DNA of 64,000 nt. Source: Bacteriovoracaceae bacterium. GTDB taxonomy: Bacteria > Bdellovibrionota > Bacteriovoracia > Bacteriovoracales > Bacteriovoracaceae. The stretch spans positions 42,036 through 106,035 of the forward strand of contig JAIEMA010000014.1 of NCBI GenBank assembly GCA_019752535.1, written 5' to 3'. Numbering within the stretch: position 1 is the first letter of the stretch; each line of letters starts with the position of its first letter. This document shows, one piece after another, positions 18,939-27,748 of the stretch. Below the pieces are notes generated by a model. The model saw only the letters and a program-made list of their open reading frames with translations. It was not told the DNA's origin and did not search any database. Made by a program: the position numbers and the translations under genes.

Positions 18939-19399
18939 GATCGCTTAATTTTAAAAAGGGCCTGACCAAATTCAACTAGGCTTTCGTTTTCAACACAGAT
19001 TTCAACAATCTCACCAGCAGCATCTGCATCAATTTCATTCATGATTTTCATCGCTTCAAGGACGCAAAGAGGTTGTCCTACTTTTACCTTGTCACCCACT
19101 TTTGAATAAGCAGGTTTTCCAGGTCCTGGTGCTGCATAGAAAGTTCCAACGAATGGAGATTTCACGACATGAATATTTGCATCATTAATAGGAGCAGCCT
19201 TCGGTGCCTCTGCACTTACTTTAGGAGTGGCAGCAGCTACAGCTGTTTGAACAACTGGTGAGTGCATCATCACTGGTGCAGAAGTAGAGCCAAAATTAAC
19301 TTTCAACTTTATCGTTTTTGTCTCGTATACAAGTTCACTCGCTCCTGAGTCTTTGGCGAGCTTTACAAAATCTTTAAGACCTTTCATGTCGATGGCCAT
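18935..19399 (-). CDS. accB: Biotin carboxyl carrier protein of acetyl-CoA carboxylase
   Basis: 154 aa. Ala/Pro-rich linker and biotinylation motif CVLEAMKIMNEI. ATGA overlap with accC. Confidence 0.9.
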   Translation of the reverse strand: MAIDMKGLKDFVKLAKDSGASELVYETKTIKLKVNFGSTSAPVMMHSPVVQTAVAAATPKVSAEAPKAAPINDANIHVVKSPFVGTFYAAPGPGKPAYSKVGDKVKVGQPLCVLEAMKIMNEIDADAAGEIVEICVENESLVEFGQALFKIKRS

Positions 19400-19402
19400 A
19401 AA

Positions 19403-19969
19403 TTAAACCTTTGCCCTTTCCATGTATTCACCGGTGCGAGTATCAATTTTGAGGGTTTCGCCTTCTTTGATAAACAAAGGAACGTTGACTTGAAGACCTG
19501 TATCCATAATGGCTTTTTTGCTGCCACCGGAAGCGGTGTCACCTTTTAAACCTGGATCAGTGCTGACAACTTTCAAATTTACGAAGTTGGGAACTTCAAT
19601 CGCAATGGGGCGACCATTGTAATAAAGAACGAAAACCTTAATACCTTCTTGCAAATAATATTTGTAATCTCCAACTTGCTCGTTTGAAAGATGGATCATT
19701 TCAAATGTGGCCTGTTCCATGAAATTAAAACCATCCATATCTGAATAGTTAAATTCCATTTCACGCTCTTCCATATCTGGGCGGCCTACAGTTTCAACTC
19801 CGGCCTTAAATGTTCTTTCGACAACTTGATTGGTTTCTAAGTTTTTAAGACGTGTACGAACAAAAGCCGACCCTTTTCCAGGATTCACGTGTTGGAATTC
19901 TACGATGAGATAAGGTTTGCCTTCGATCTCAATTTTGAGACCTTTTCTGAAATCAGTTGTTTGATACAT
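19403..19969 (-). CDS. efp: Elongation factor P
   Basis: 188 aa. MYQTTDFRKGLKIEIEGKPYLIVEFQHVNPGKGSAFVRTRLKNL is canonical EF-P. Confidence 0.95.
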   Translation of the reverse strand: MYQTTDFRKGLKIEIEGKPYLIVEFQHVNPGKGSAFVRTRLKNLETNQVVERTFKAGVETVGRPDMEEREMEFNYSDMDGFNFMEQATFEMIHLSNEQVGDYKYYLQEGIKVFVLYYNGRPIAIEVPNFVNLKVVSTDPGLKGDTASGGSKKAIMDTGLQVNVPLFIKEGETLKIDTRTGEYMERAKV

Positions 19970-19981
19970 GGAGCTTCCTCT

Positions 19982-20404
19982 CTAGATTTGGGACTTTACA
20001 GCTAGCCAATAGGCGTCTTTTCCGAGCCCGGTCATTATGGCCAGGCAAGCTTTTGCCGTCAATAAAGTCTCTCTAAAGGATTCACGTCGATAGACGTTTG
20101 AAAGATGCACTTCAATTACTGGAATTTTAAGAATTTTGATCGCGTCATGGATGGCCACAGACGTATGGGCATAAGCCCCTGGATTAATGACTACAGCGCG
20201 GTAATTCTGCGATGCAGCCAATTGAAGACGACCGACAATTTCTCCCTCGATGTTGGACTGGTACCATTCAATCTTTGCTGCAGTCCCTATTTTCTCTTCA
20301 GTATATTGTGCAATCTCATCGAGAGTTTGAGCGCCATAGATCTCAGGCTCTCGCTTACCCAGCATATTTAAGTTGGGGCCATTGATAATCAGAAAACTAG
20401 GCAT
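19982..20404 (-). CDS. aroQ: 3-dehydroquinate dehydratase, type II
   Basis: Starts at ATG 20404 (MPSFLIINGPNLNMLGKREPEIYG...) and contains HLSNVYRRESFR. The ORF track's 6-codon extension is unnecessary. 8-nt overlap with the upstream TPR gene stop. Confidence 0.9.
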   Translation of the reverse strand: MPSFLIINGPNLNMLGKREPEIYGAQTLDEIAQYTEEKIGTAAKIEWYQSNIEGEIVGRLQLAASQNYRAVVINPGAYAHTSVAIHDAIKILKIPVIEVHLSNVYRRESFRETLLTAKACLAIMTGLGKDAYWLAVKSQI

Positions 20405-21413
20405 GATTATTCTTCTTTTCATCGGCCGTAAGCTGAATGTTTTGAAGGAATAATCTTAGCGCTCTTTCCATTTTTTGAGCTTCAGGTGCCTGGACTTCAT
20501 TCTCAATGATTCGCATTAGCTCATCATGGCCATCGGCTTCCGAATTTATTGATGGAGATTTTTTGATTTCCTTGAGTCGCTTAATACTGCGTGTATCTTG
20601 AGGATTTAATTCGATGATTTTTTCTAATAGATCGATAGCGGGACCAATGTGATTTTGACTCATGTAAAGATCCACAAGAGTATGCGAAGCCAGGGGAGCA
20701 GAATCTGAGTGAATCGGGGCTTCAGCATCTTCGGGAGTCACTTCTTCGTCACTAAAAAAATCATCATCAATCGAGCGAGACATGATCTTCCAATCGTCTT
20801 CTTTGCCAATTGGTGTCGTGTGATTTTGAGTCCCTGTCGACATGCTCCAATTATCTTCTTCACTGATTTCTGTCTTATTGGATTTTTCAGGACTGAAATC
20901 CACCACGCTCCAATCATCTTCATCAATGCTAAATTCAGGATTAGATTGAGCAGGAGCTTTCTTCACAATTGCTTGCGGCTTAAGATTCTTTTTTTGCAAA
21001 TCATCTTCAAGAGCACGAACTTGTTGAGCAAAATATTTATCACTTGGGTTTAAAAATAATAAATACTTAAAAGTCTCTAAGGCTTCATCCAATTGCCCTA
21101 AATCGAGACAGACTTGAGCGAAGAGTTTTTGAAGTCCCGGATTGTCTCTATTTTGTCCAGTGAGCGGAAGTAAGGTCTGGTAGGCTGCTTCATTTTTTTG
21201 TTGATCATGATAGCATTGGGCTAAAACAAGATAGCCTAAAACATATCCAGGATGTCTCTTGATTCCTTCTCTGAGAATCTTAAGGGCTTCATCATACATT
21301 CCCAATTTTCTATAAGATTCAGCTAAGGGTGCAAAGACTCTCGATCCCGGCTGCTTGCGGTACTGCTCAAGATACTTACTTAATAATGCAGAAGCAGGAC
21401 GGCGTGCGGCCAA
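20397..21413 (-). CDS. TPR-repeat protein with an acidic Trp-motif linker
   Basis: 338 aa. TTG start at 21413 with GGAG 7 nt upstream, immediately after the pilQ stop. TPR-like helices at both ends. The central segment carries DEDDWS / EEDNWS / KEDDWK / DDDFFS. Confidence 0.7.
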   Translation of the reverse strand: MAARRPASALLSKYLEQYRKQPGSRVFAPLAESYRKLGMYDEALKILREGIKRHPGYVLGYLVLAQCYHDQQKNEAAYQTLLPLTGQNRDNPGLQKLFAQVCLDLGQLDEALETFKYLLFLNPSDKYFAQQVRALEDDLQKKNLKPQAIVKKAPAQSNPEFSIDEDDWSVVDFSPEKSNKTEISEEDNWSMSTGTQNHTTPIGKEDDWKIMSRSIDDDFFSDEEVTPEDAEAPIHSDSAPLASHTLVDLYMSQNHIGPAIDLLEKIIELNPQDTRSIKRLKEIKKSPSINSEADGHDELMRIIENEVQAPEAQKMERALRLFLQNIQLTADEKKNNHA

Positions 21414-21423
21414 TGCTGACTCC

Positions 21424-23238
21424 TTACATCTTCGCTGAAGAAGAGTTCTGTCTATCGATAAGACCAGCTTCCTCTTGATTGATAATTCTTGGGGTTAAGA
21501 AAATCAACAATTCACTTCTCGTATTTGTGGGATTGTACGGAGTTCTAAACAACCATCCCACAAGAGGCAAATCTTTAAGAAAAGGTATTCCGCTATGAGA
21601 TTCTGTACTTGTTGTTCCGTAGAGACCACCAAGAACAACAGTTGATCCATTGTCGACAAGAACATTGGTCTTCAACTGTCTAGTCGTTGTATTAGGTGGG
21701 GCATTTGCTCCAGGTCTATCACCGAATGCTCCCTTGCTAAGTTGAACATCCATGTTAATTGCACCCTCATTCGTGACTTGAGGAGTGACAGTTAAGTTAA
21801 CACTCACTGGAATCGTCTGAAATGCTTGGGTCGTTGCACCGTTTGCAACAGTCGTCACAAGAAAACTCGTAGTCTCAGTGCTCGTAATGTTTGCTGGTTT
21901 TTTGTTTTGAGTAATCACTTTAGGGGCCGTGACAATTCGAACCTTAGACTCACTTTCCATCAATTCAAGTGCGGCGGATAAATTGCCCAATCTCTTGAAG
22001 CTTGCAATGTTAATTCCGAGAGCAGACCCACCCGTTCCTCCGCTTGCTGTCGAAAAAGAAAATCCAGGTCCTCGGTTTGTTACTGTTGTGATGTCCACAA
22101 CGGGGTCATAACCAAAAGTGAGTCCGTTAGATAAACCAATACGCTTTCCATAAGCTTCGCTTGCTTCAACAATTTTAGCCTCAATAAGAATCTGTGGCGT
22201 TTGTGTGTCTAAAAGTTCAACGATTTTCTTTATTCTTTCAATCGAATCCACTGTATCTTTTACAATTAAACTGTTTGTTCGTGGATCATCAGACATCGTT
22301 CCGCGAGTAGGCGTGAGGTAATCGGTAAGAATTTTTTTAAGATCCGCCATTTCTGCATAGCTGATTGGAAATACTTTTGTCACCAAAGGCTCAAGACCTA
22401 ACTTAAGCTGTTGGGCTTTAGCGTCAGCTTCTCTTTCTGTCGTTGCTTTCTCTATTGTTGTCACAGAAAGGATATTTGAATTTTTTGTGGCTACTAGTTT
22501 TGAGAGGGCCAAGATTGTATCAAGCGCTTGGTCCCAAGGGATGTTGGTTAACGAAAGAGTAAGGGGCGCCACTTTGGTAATATCAGCATCAATAATGATA
22601 TTAAAACCAGAAGTATCAGCAATCATTCTTAATAAATCAGGAAGGGGAATATCTTTTACATTAATCGATATTTTTTTACCGATATATTTCTTCGGGCCTG
22701 AAAGAGTGAGGTTTTCTAAAATATCTTCAATAGAGGCTGATTTTGGAACATTCAGATGAACCGAGTCTTCAATTTTCTCAGTTTTGCCCTGCTCAGTCGT
22801 TTTTACCATTGTTGTTTCTGTTTCTTTCAATTTAGATTTTGAAAAAACACCAAAACGGTTCTCAATGCTCAAGACTATTTTATTTCCCTGAGAGTCGAGG
22901 ATTGACCTCACGTTGTCCCGAAGTTGAACGGCAAATCGAATATCATTAGTTGCGCCAGGTTTTGGATAGCCTGAAATATAGACAGTGGCCCCATCAAATT
23001 CCGATGTATCAATGCCGCGCAAAAGCTTTTTGTCGATTTTTACATTTTTTAGATCGAGAATAATCTGCTTATCATCTTTTACGTGGAGGCGATCAGCGAC
23101 AATTGGCTTATCCACTTCAATCACAAGCTTACTTACGTCCCCTTCTTGCAAGAAGTTGACTGACTTAATCTCCTGCCCCCACGAAGTGTTGGTAGAAAAT
23201 AGAATCATTGAAATAAGAATGAAAAATCCGTTTTTCAT
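21424..23238 (-). CDS. pilQ: Type IV pilus secretin PilQ (AMIN domain plus secretin)
   Basis: Likely start is ATG 23238 (MKNGFFILISMILFSTNTSWG signal peptide). AMIN-like IKSVNFLQEGDVSKLVIEV...IILDLKNVKI. Secretin C-terminus VLVDNGSTVVLGGLY...GIPFLKDLPLVGWLFR...ELLIFLTPRII. Confidence 0.9.
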   Translation of the reverse strand: MKNGFFILISMILFSTNTSWGQEIKSVNFLQEGDVSKLVIEVDKPIVADRLHVKDDKQIILDLKNVKIDKKLLRGIDTSEFDGATVYISGYPKPGATNDIRFAVQLRDNVRSILDSQGNKIVLSIENRFGVFSKSKLKETETTMVKTTEQGKTEKIEDSVHLNVPKSASIEDILENLTLSGPKKYIGKKISINVKDIPLPDLLRMIADTSGFNIIIDADITKVAPLTLSLTNIPWDQALDTILALSKLVATKNSNILSVTTIEKATTEREADAKAQQLKLGLEPLVTKVFPISYAEMADLKKILTDYLTPTRGTMSDDPRTNSLIVKDTVDSIERIKKIVELLDTQTPQILIEAKIVEASEAYGKRIGLSNGLTFGYDPVVDITTVTNRGPGFSFSTASGGTGGSALGINIASFKRLGNLSAALELMESESKVRIVTAPKVITQNKKPANITSTETTSFLVTTVANGATTQAFQTIPVSVNLTVTPQVTNEGAINMDVQLSKGAFGDRPGANAPPNTTTRQLKTNVLVDNGSTVVLGGLYGTTSTESHSGIPFLKDLPLVGWLFRTPYNPTNTRSELLIFLTPRIINQEEAGLIDRQNSSSAKM

Positions 23239-23287
23239 ATCACACACTCTTGATTTTGGCATCGATGGTCCGATGCCTTGCTTCATT

Positions 23288-23746
23288 TTACTGCGAAATG
23301 GGAATCACTGTCTCTAAATATTCTTCCTCTCCGTAAACATTCACCAATTTCTCTACTAAAATCACTCCACCTGGGTGAATGGCTTTCAACTCGGCATTAT
23401 CCGCTCCAAGACGCATTCCCTCTCGCAAAACGACAATATCTTCTCTGCCTTCAAGCCGCGCGAGGGCCCGTCTTTCTTTTCCAATCATGACTCCAACAAT
23501 TCTAACTTTATCAACCGATATCGTTCCGAGCGGATCTATATTTGTATAGATCCCATCCCTCATTAATGATTTTTCTTTTCTTCCTTCTTTTTTATTCCCT
23601 TTTATGAGGGGAGCTTTAAAAGGGTCACGAAGATCGAAGGGATTCTCAATAACAGTTTTATTTTTAAATACTTCACGCAATTTGGAACTGGTCTGACCAA
23701 AGGCTTGCGTAGAAATTAATAGGAAAATGACTATAAATTTATTCAC
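23288..23746 (-). CDS. pilP: Type IV pilus assembly protein PilP-like
   Basis: Position between pilO and pilQ. The C-terminal beta domain is VDKVRIVGVMIGKERRALARLEGREDIVVLREGMRLG. Probable GTG start at 23746 (VNKFIVIFLLISTQAFG signal peptide), overlapping the pilO end by 8 nt. The start is uncertain and there is no lipobox Cys. Confidence 0.6.
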   Translation of the reverse strand: MNKFIVIFLLISTQAFGQTSSKLREVFKNKTVIENPFDLRDPFKAPLIKGNKKEGRKEKSLMRDGIYTNIDPLGTISVDKVRIVGVMIGKERRALARLEGREDIVVLREGMRLGADNAELKAIHPGGVILVEKLVNVYGEEEYLETVIPISQ

Positions 23747-24422
23747 CGCCACCTCTACGCTTCTTACGCTTAGGTTTAGAGCCATCATCGGCCGCAGCAC
23801 CGCCACCACCAAACTGAGTTTCAATTTCCTCAAGCCCAGAAGATTCTTTGTGAGATGAGTTAAATTTAAAAGTATCAATTGTCGTATCCATACTCACGAC
23901 TTGGAATCGGCCCTTTTGAGGTTGAGTATCTGAGCGGATCGTAAGATTTTGAACGTTAAACAATCTATCCGCAGAGTTAATTCTTTCGAGAAAAATGACA
24001 AATTGAAGAAATGTTCCCCGGGCTCGAATCTGATAGGGTTTCGAGATATAAAAACCCATCGGCTGCTCTCTTAAAGGGTTAGGCTCAATTTCAGGCATAT
24101 TGAGGCCTCGACCCTCTTTAGAGATAAAGTCCAGAATTTCGATATCGTTGATTTCGGCCGGAAGTTGCTTTTGAACTTTTTCAATACTGTTAAAGACTTC
24201 TGTAACCCTTAACTTCGTTTGATCGACATTTTTTCTAAATTCATCAATTTGGCTTAATTTCTTTTGAGCTGTTGCTATATCAGTTTGAACAGCAGGTATT
24301 TGCGCATTAATTTCTTCCAATAATGTTTCGTGTTCTGAGTAAACTTCATAGAAGCCATACGCCGCATACGCAAACAGTATGACATGAAGCTTAGCCAGGA
24401 ATTTACTTAGCATCTCTTTCAT
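23739..24422 (-). CDS. pilO: Type IV pilus assembly protein PilO-like
   Basis: 227 aa. N-terminal TM LHVILFAYAAYGFY followed by a coiled coil. Position is in the pilMNOPQ order. TAATG junction with pilN. Gly/Lys/Arg-rich C-terminal tail. Confidence 0.75.
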   Translation of the reverse strand: MKEMLSKFLAKLHVILFAYAAYGFYEVYSEHETLLEEINAQIPAVQTDIATAQKKLSQIDEFRKNVDQTKLRVTEVFNSIEKVQKQLPAEINDIEILDFISKEGRGLNMPEIEPNPLREQPMGFYISKPYQIRARGTFLQFVIFLERINSADRLFNVQNLTIRSDTQPQKGRFQVVSMDTTIDTFKFNSSHKESSGLEEIETQFGGGGAAADDGSKPKRKKRRGGGE

Positions 24423-25015
24423 TACTCAAACCTCGTAATTGTTGCAGTAATTTCAAAAGGCGCCAGATTTTTCATTTCTGGAGGTAAGCTTTCAGTGTCC
24501 GTCTTGCTGTAAATAATATTTTTTTCAAAGAAAATTGATTTTTTTAAATTTTCTAAAAACAATCCCTGATTTGTATAATCAAGCGAGAGTCCCTTAAAAG
24601 TTAATTTATTTTCCGAAAATCCAATCTCAGTGAGCCAGATCTCAGGTGGAATATTCTTGGCAACGTAAACGAGAATACTCCAAGGGTTTTTCTTTTTAGT
24701 AATAATTTCTTTTACGACATTGAGTTTGTCTGTTAATTGCTGCTCTCTTCTTTTTAGCTGTTGAACCTGCTTATCAAACTCTTTAAGGGCATTCACTCTT
24801 TTATTAAGTTTCATTTTTTGGGAATTCAACTCGACCAGTTGTTGATCAGCTGCATCTCTTTCTGCTTTAAAAGAATCGACAAAAAAGAAATCTGGTACAT
24901 AAAGCATAAATATACCGAGAAGCACGAGCTTCACGTTTAGCTTTGATAAATCAAAACCTCCGACATTGGCCAGATCTAGAGGTTTCTTTAATGTACTGAG
25001 GTTAACCTGAATCAT
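24422..25015 (-). CDS. pilN: Type IV pilus assembly protein PilN-like
   Basis: 197 aa. Short cytoplasmic N-terminus, TM LVLLGIFMLYVPDFFFV, coiled coil. Lies between pilM and pilO. Confidence 0.75.
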   Translation of the reverse strand: MIQVNLSTLKKPLDLANVGGFDLSKLNVKLVLLGIFMLYVPDFFFVDSFKAERDAADQQLVELNSQKMKLNKRVNALKEFDKQVQQLKRREQQLTDKLNVVKEIITKKKNPWSILVYVAKNIPPEIWLTEIGFSENKLTFKGLSLDYTNQGLFLENLKKSIFFEKNIIYSKTDTESLPPEMKNLAPFEITATITRFE

Positions 25016-25016
25016 T

Positions 25017-26099
25017 TCAAGCCCTCATTCCTAAACCCATTACAACAGTTCCGACTGCCGCAATTTGTTCAATATTATCTTCCAAAGCTGAACTCGAACA
25101 CTTCACTCCATAATCAAACGGATTAAAGATTTCGACTTCCATTCCTAAACTCTGATCCAGCATCTCTTTTAGTAGCGGTAAGCGAGAGCATCCCCCCATC
25201 AGAAAACAATTAGTCACTTGTTCTGTGGATCCAGCAGAGATGTAGAAGTTTAAGTTCTTTTTTAATTCAACAATCTGTGATTCTAATTGGCTTTGAATAA
25301 TGGTCAAAATTTCTTCCGGAAGATTTCCATTATCATCTTTTGTCGTTTTTAAGTCTTCCGCTTCTTCATAACTGACGGCCATCTGGCGCTGAATCTCTTC
25401 AGTGATCAGTGAACCACCCATAGGAAGTTCTTTTGAAAAGATTGGTCCACCATTTCTATAAATTACAAGCTTAATACTTTGAGCACCGTAATCAATTAAG
25501 ATGCTACCCTCTGCTAAGTCTGGATTGGCAACAACTGCCGTTTCTTCAAAAATATTTGAAAGTGCAATGACGTTAAGATCAATATATTTCACTTGTAGCT
25601 TTGCTTCTTTTATTAAATCTTGAAATCTTTCGACAACGTCTGTGCGAGCAGCGGCAACAAGAGCATCCTTACCACCACCTTCTGTGTCTCCGATGACATG
25701 AAAATCAATTTCACTCTCATCTGCACCAAAAGGAATGTATTGTTCAGATTCCCACATAATGTGATCCTGAATTTCTTCTTTCGATCCATCGGGTACAGAT
25801 AGTCTTTTTGTCATGGTGTTTTGACCATACAGACCAATACAAACATTCTTTGATTTTATACCTGCTGTTCTCAGTGCAGCTTGAATCGCTTCAACAATCT
25901 CTTCAGGCTTTTGAAATTCATCTTCAATAATTGCAGCTTCACTAAGTGGAATGATTGCGAATTTATCTAATTTCCATTTTCCCGATGAACCAGACATTTC
26001 ACACAACTTAATACTGTGTGACCCAAGATCAAGTCCCATAACAGGACCTGATGATATGCCACCCAAAAGTTCTTGAAGTTTTTCTTGTAACGAAGGCAC
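25017..26099 (-). CDS. pilM: Type IV pilus assembly ATPase-fold protein PilM
   Basis: 360 aa. Actin-like fold motifs GLDLGSHSIKLCEM and LIDYGAQSIKLVIY. GTG start at 26099; an alternative ATG lies 21 codons in. Confidence 0.9.
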   Translation of the reverse strand: MPSLQEKLQELLGGISSGPVMGLDLGSHSIKLCEMSGSSGKWKLDKFAIIPLSEAAIIEDEFQKPEEIVEAIQAALRTAGIKSKNVCIGLYGQNTMTKRLSVPDGSKEEIQDHIMWESEQYIPFGADESEIDFHVIGDTEGGGKDALVAAARTDVVERFQDLIKEAKLQVKYIDLNVIALSNIFEETAVVANPDLAEGSILIDYGAQSIKLVIYRNGGPIFSKELPMGGSLITEEIQRQMAVSYEEAEDLKTTKDDNGNLPEEILTIIQSQLESQIVELKKNLNFYISAGSTEQVTNCFLMGGCSRLPLLKEMLDQSLGMEVEIFNPFDYGVKCSSSALEDNIEQIAAVGTVVMGLGMRA

Positions 26100-26140
26100 G
26101 GTCTAACACCTGTCCCTTGAAAATACACAAAGTTGATTTG

Positions 26141-26170
26141 ATTATAGGACGCGTTGAAACGTGTCTTCAA
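26141..26170 (-). promoter_or_regulatory. Candidate sigma70-type promoter for pilMNOPQ
   Basis: Minus strand reads TTGAAG-N18-TATAAT (-35 at 26170..26165, -10 at 26146..26141), about 40 nt upstream of the pilM start. The spacer contains the near-palindrome GACACGTTtcAACGCGTC. Confidence 0.4.
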
Positions 26171-26212
26171 GGATTTACTGCAATGCTCGTCCGAGTAAAA
26201 GAATCAGGAACT

Positions 26213-26983
26213 TTAAAAAATATTGATTCCTAAACTTGAAAGTAGACCAGGATTAAATAGCTGAACAAAAGAGACAACAATTATAAAGGGACCAAAGGGA
26301 ATCCCACCTTCTCTATCGTAGCGCTTGGCCAAAATAAGAATTATTCCAACGATAGATCCTAGAAAGCAGCTAAAAAAGATATTCTCCATAATTCCAAACG
26401 GCCCTAAATAGACTCCGAGAACCCCCCATAGCTTAATATCTCCACCACCAAGACCAACTTTGCCCTTCCATTTATAAAAACCCCAAGAAACGGCAAGGGG
26501 TCCTAAAAATCCAAAAGCCCCACCTGCTAACCAGTGCATGGGTGAATTAAACATGATTTCGTAGGGTAGAATTAAACAAAGAAGATAAATATTTATCGAG
26601 TCTGGCAGAATTTTATGCTCGAGATCGATAAAAAAGTGACAAATGAGAGCACCACTAATTGCAGAGATGAAGATCCATCTAAAGAGTAATTCGGGACTCA
26701 GTAATTGAGGAAATGCTAAGAACATTATTAAACCCATCGCTAATTCTACGGCGGGATATCTCCAACTAATGGGGGCTGAACAATTTTTGCACTTTCCTCT
26801 AAGATAAATCCAACTCACTAATGGAATATTTAGCCACCAAGGAATAGGGGCCGAACATTTGGGGCAGGCAGATCGAGAAACGACCATGTCAGTGTTTCTT
26901 GGTAATCTGTGAATGACGACATTAAGAAAACTGCCTATCAATAAACCCAAAACGCCAGCATAAATTCGATATAACTCTTCCAT
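26213..26983 (-). CDS. pilD: Prepilin peptidase / N-methyltransferase PilD
   Basis: 256 aa, polytopic. Cys-rich box SACPKCSAPIPWWLNIPLVSWIYLRGKCKNCSAPISWRYP and GGGDIKL (catalytic Asp region). The ATG abuts the stop of the upstream permease gene (TAAATG). Confidence 0.9.
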   Translation of the reverse strand: MEELYRIYAGVLGLLIGSFLNVVIHRLPRNTDMVVSRSACPKCSAPIPWWLNIPLVSWIYLRGKCKNCSAPISWRYPAVELAMGLIMFLAFPQLLSPELLFRWIFISAISGALICHFFIDLEHKILPDSINIYLLCLILPYEIMFNSPMHWLAGGAFGFLGPLAVSWGFYKWKGKVGLGGGDIKLWGVLGVYLGPFGIMENIFFSCFLGSIVGIILILAKRYDREGGIPFGPFIIVVSFVQLFNPGLLSSLGINIF

Positions 26984-27748
26984 TTAGTGCAGCTCTTTTT
27001 TGTTCATCATCCAAACAGATAAAGAAATTAAAAATGCAGAGTACAAAAGACCATACGAGAAAGTCGATAATAGCCAATTGAGAGAGACAGTCTGCTCATA
27101 AAGAACTAGATCTTTGAGATTGAACTTATAAAATCCCGGTAAGACCAAATGGTAGAAATCTAAAATTGCAGCAAGCGCAGGTTTAGAAGTCACATACAAT
27201 GCCTTACGTGTTTCACCGATAACGTGGCCTGTGACAAGCAAGAGAAGGGAAAACAAGATGGTAAGCACAGTATTCACTTCTAGTGAAATGCTAACCACTA
27301 AAACCATTAACATCAGACATTCTAAATAATTAAATACGATTGACCAAAGTATTAAGCTTGAAATGGGAGTCCCTAAAAGCATCACAGTTATTAATGAGAA
27401 ACTTGAGAGCAATAAAAAATTAATTGCTAAAAAGACAGAAAGACCAAGGATTTTCCCTAGCAAAAACTCACCTCGATTCACTGGACGGGATAAAACCATA
27501 TAGATGGTCCTAGATTCAATTTCCTTACTTATAAGACCAGCACCAATAAATATCGCAATGCCGTATCCCGAGAGGGAAAGAGAAGCCAGTCCTATATCAA
27601 GAGCAACACGAGAGGGAACACCAAAAGTAAACTCTGATGAAACCCAAGAGAGAATTGCTATAAGTGCACCAAGGCCAACAACATTCCAAAGTAATTTGCT
27701 TTTGAGGAGTTCTTTTAAAGTATAGCGAGCGATAATTATAATTTTCAT
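26984..27748 (-). CDS. ABC-2-type transporter permease (position of Myxococcus PilI)
   Basis: 254 aa with about 6 TM segments. ATGA overlap with the ATPase gene upstream and directly abutting pilD downstream. Confidence 0.7.
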   Translation of the reverse strand: MKIIIIARYTLKELLKSKLLWNVVGLGALIAILSWVSSEFTFGVPSRVALDIGLASLSLSGYGIAIFIGAGLISKEIESRTIYMVLSRPVNRGEFLLGKILGLSVFLAINFLLLSSFSLITVMLLGTPISSLILWSIVFNYLECLMLMVLVVSISLEVNTVLTILFSLLLLVTGHVIGETRKALYVTSKPALAAILDFYHLVLPGFYKFNLKDLVLYEQTVSLNWLLSTFSYGLLYSAFLISLSVWMMNKKELH

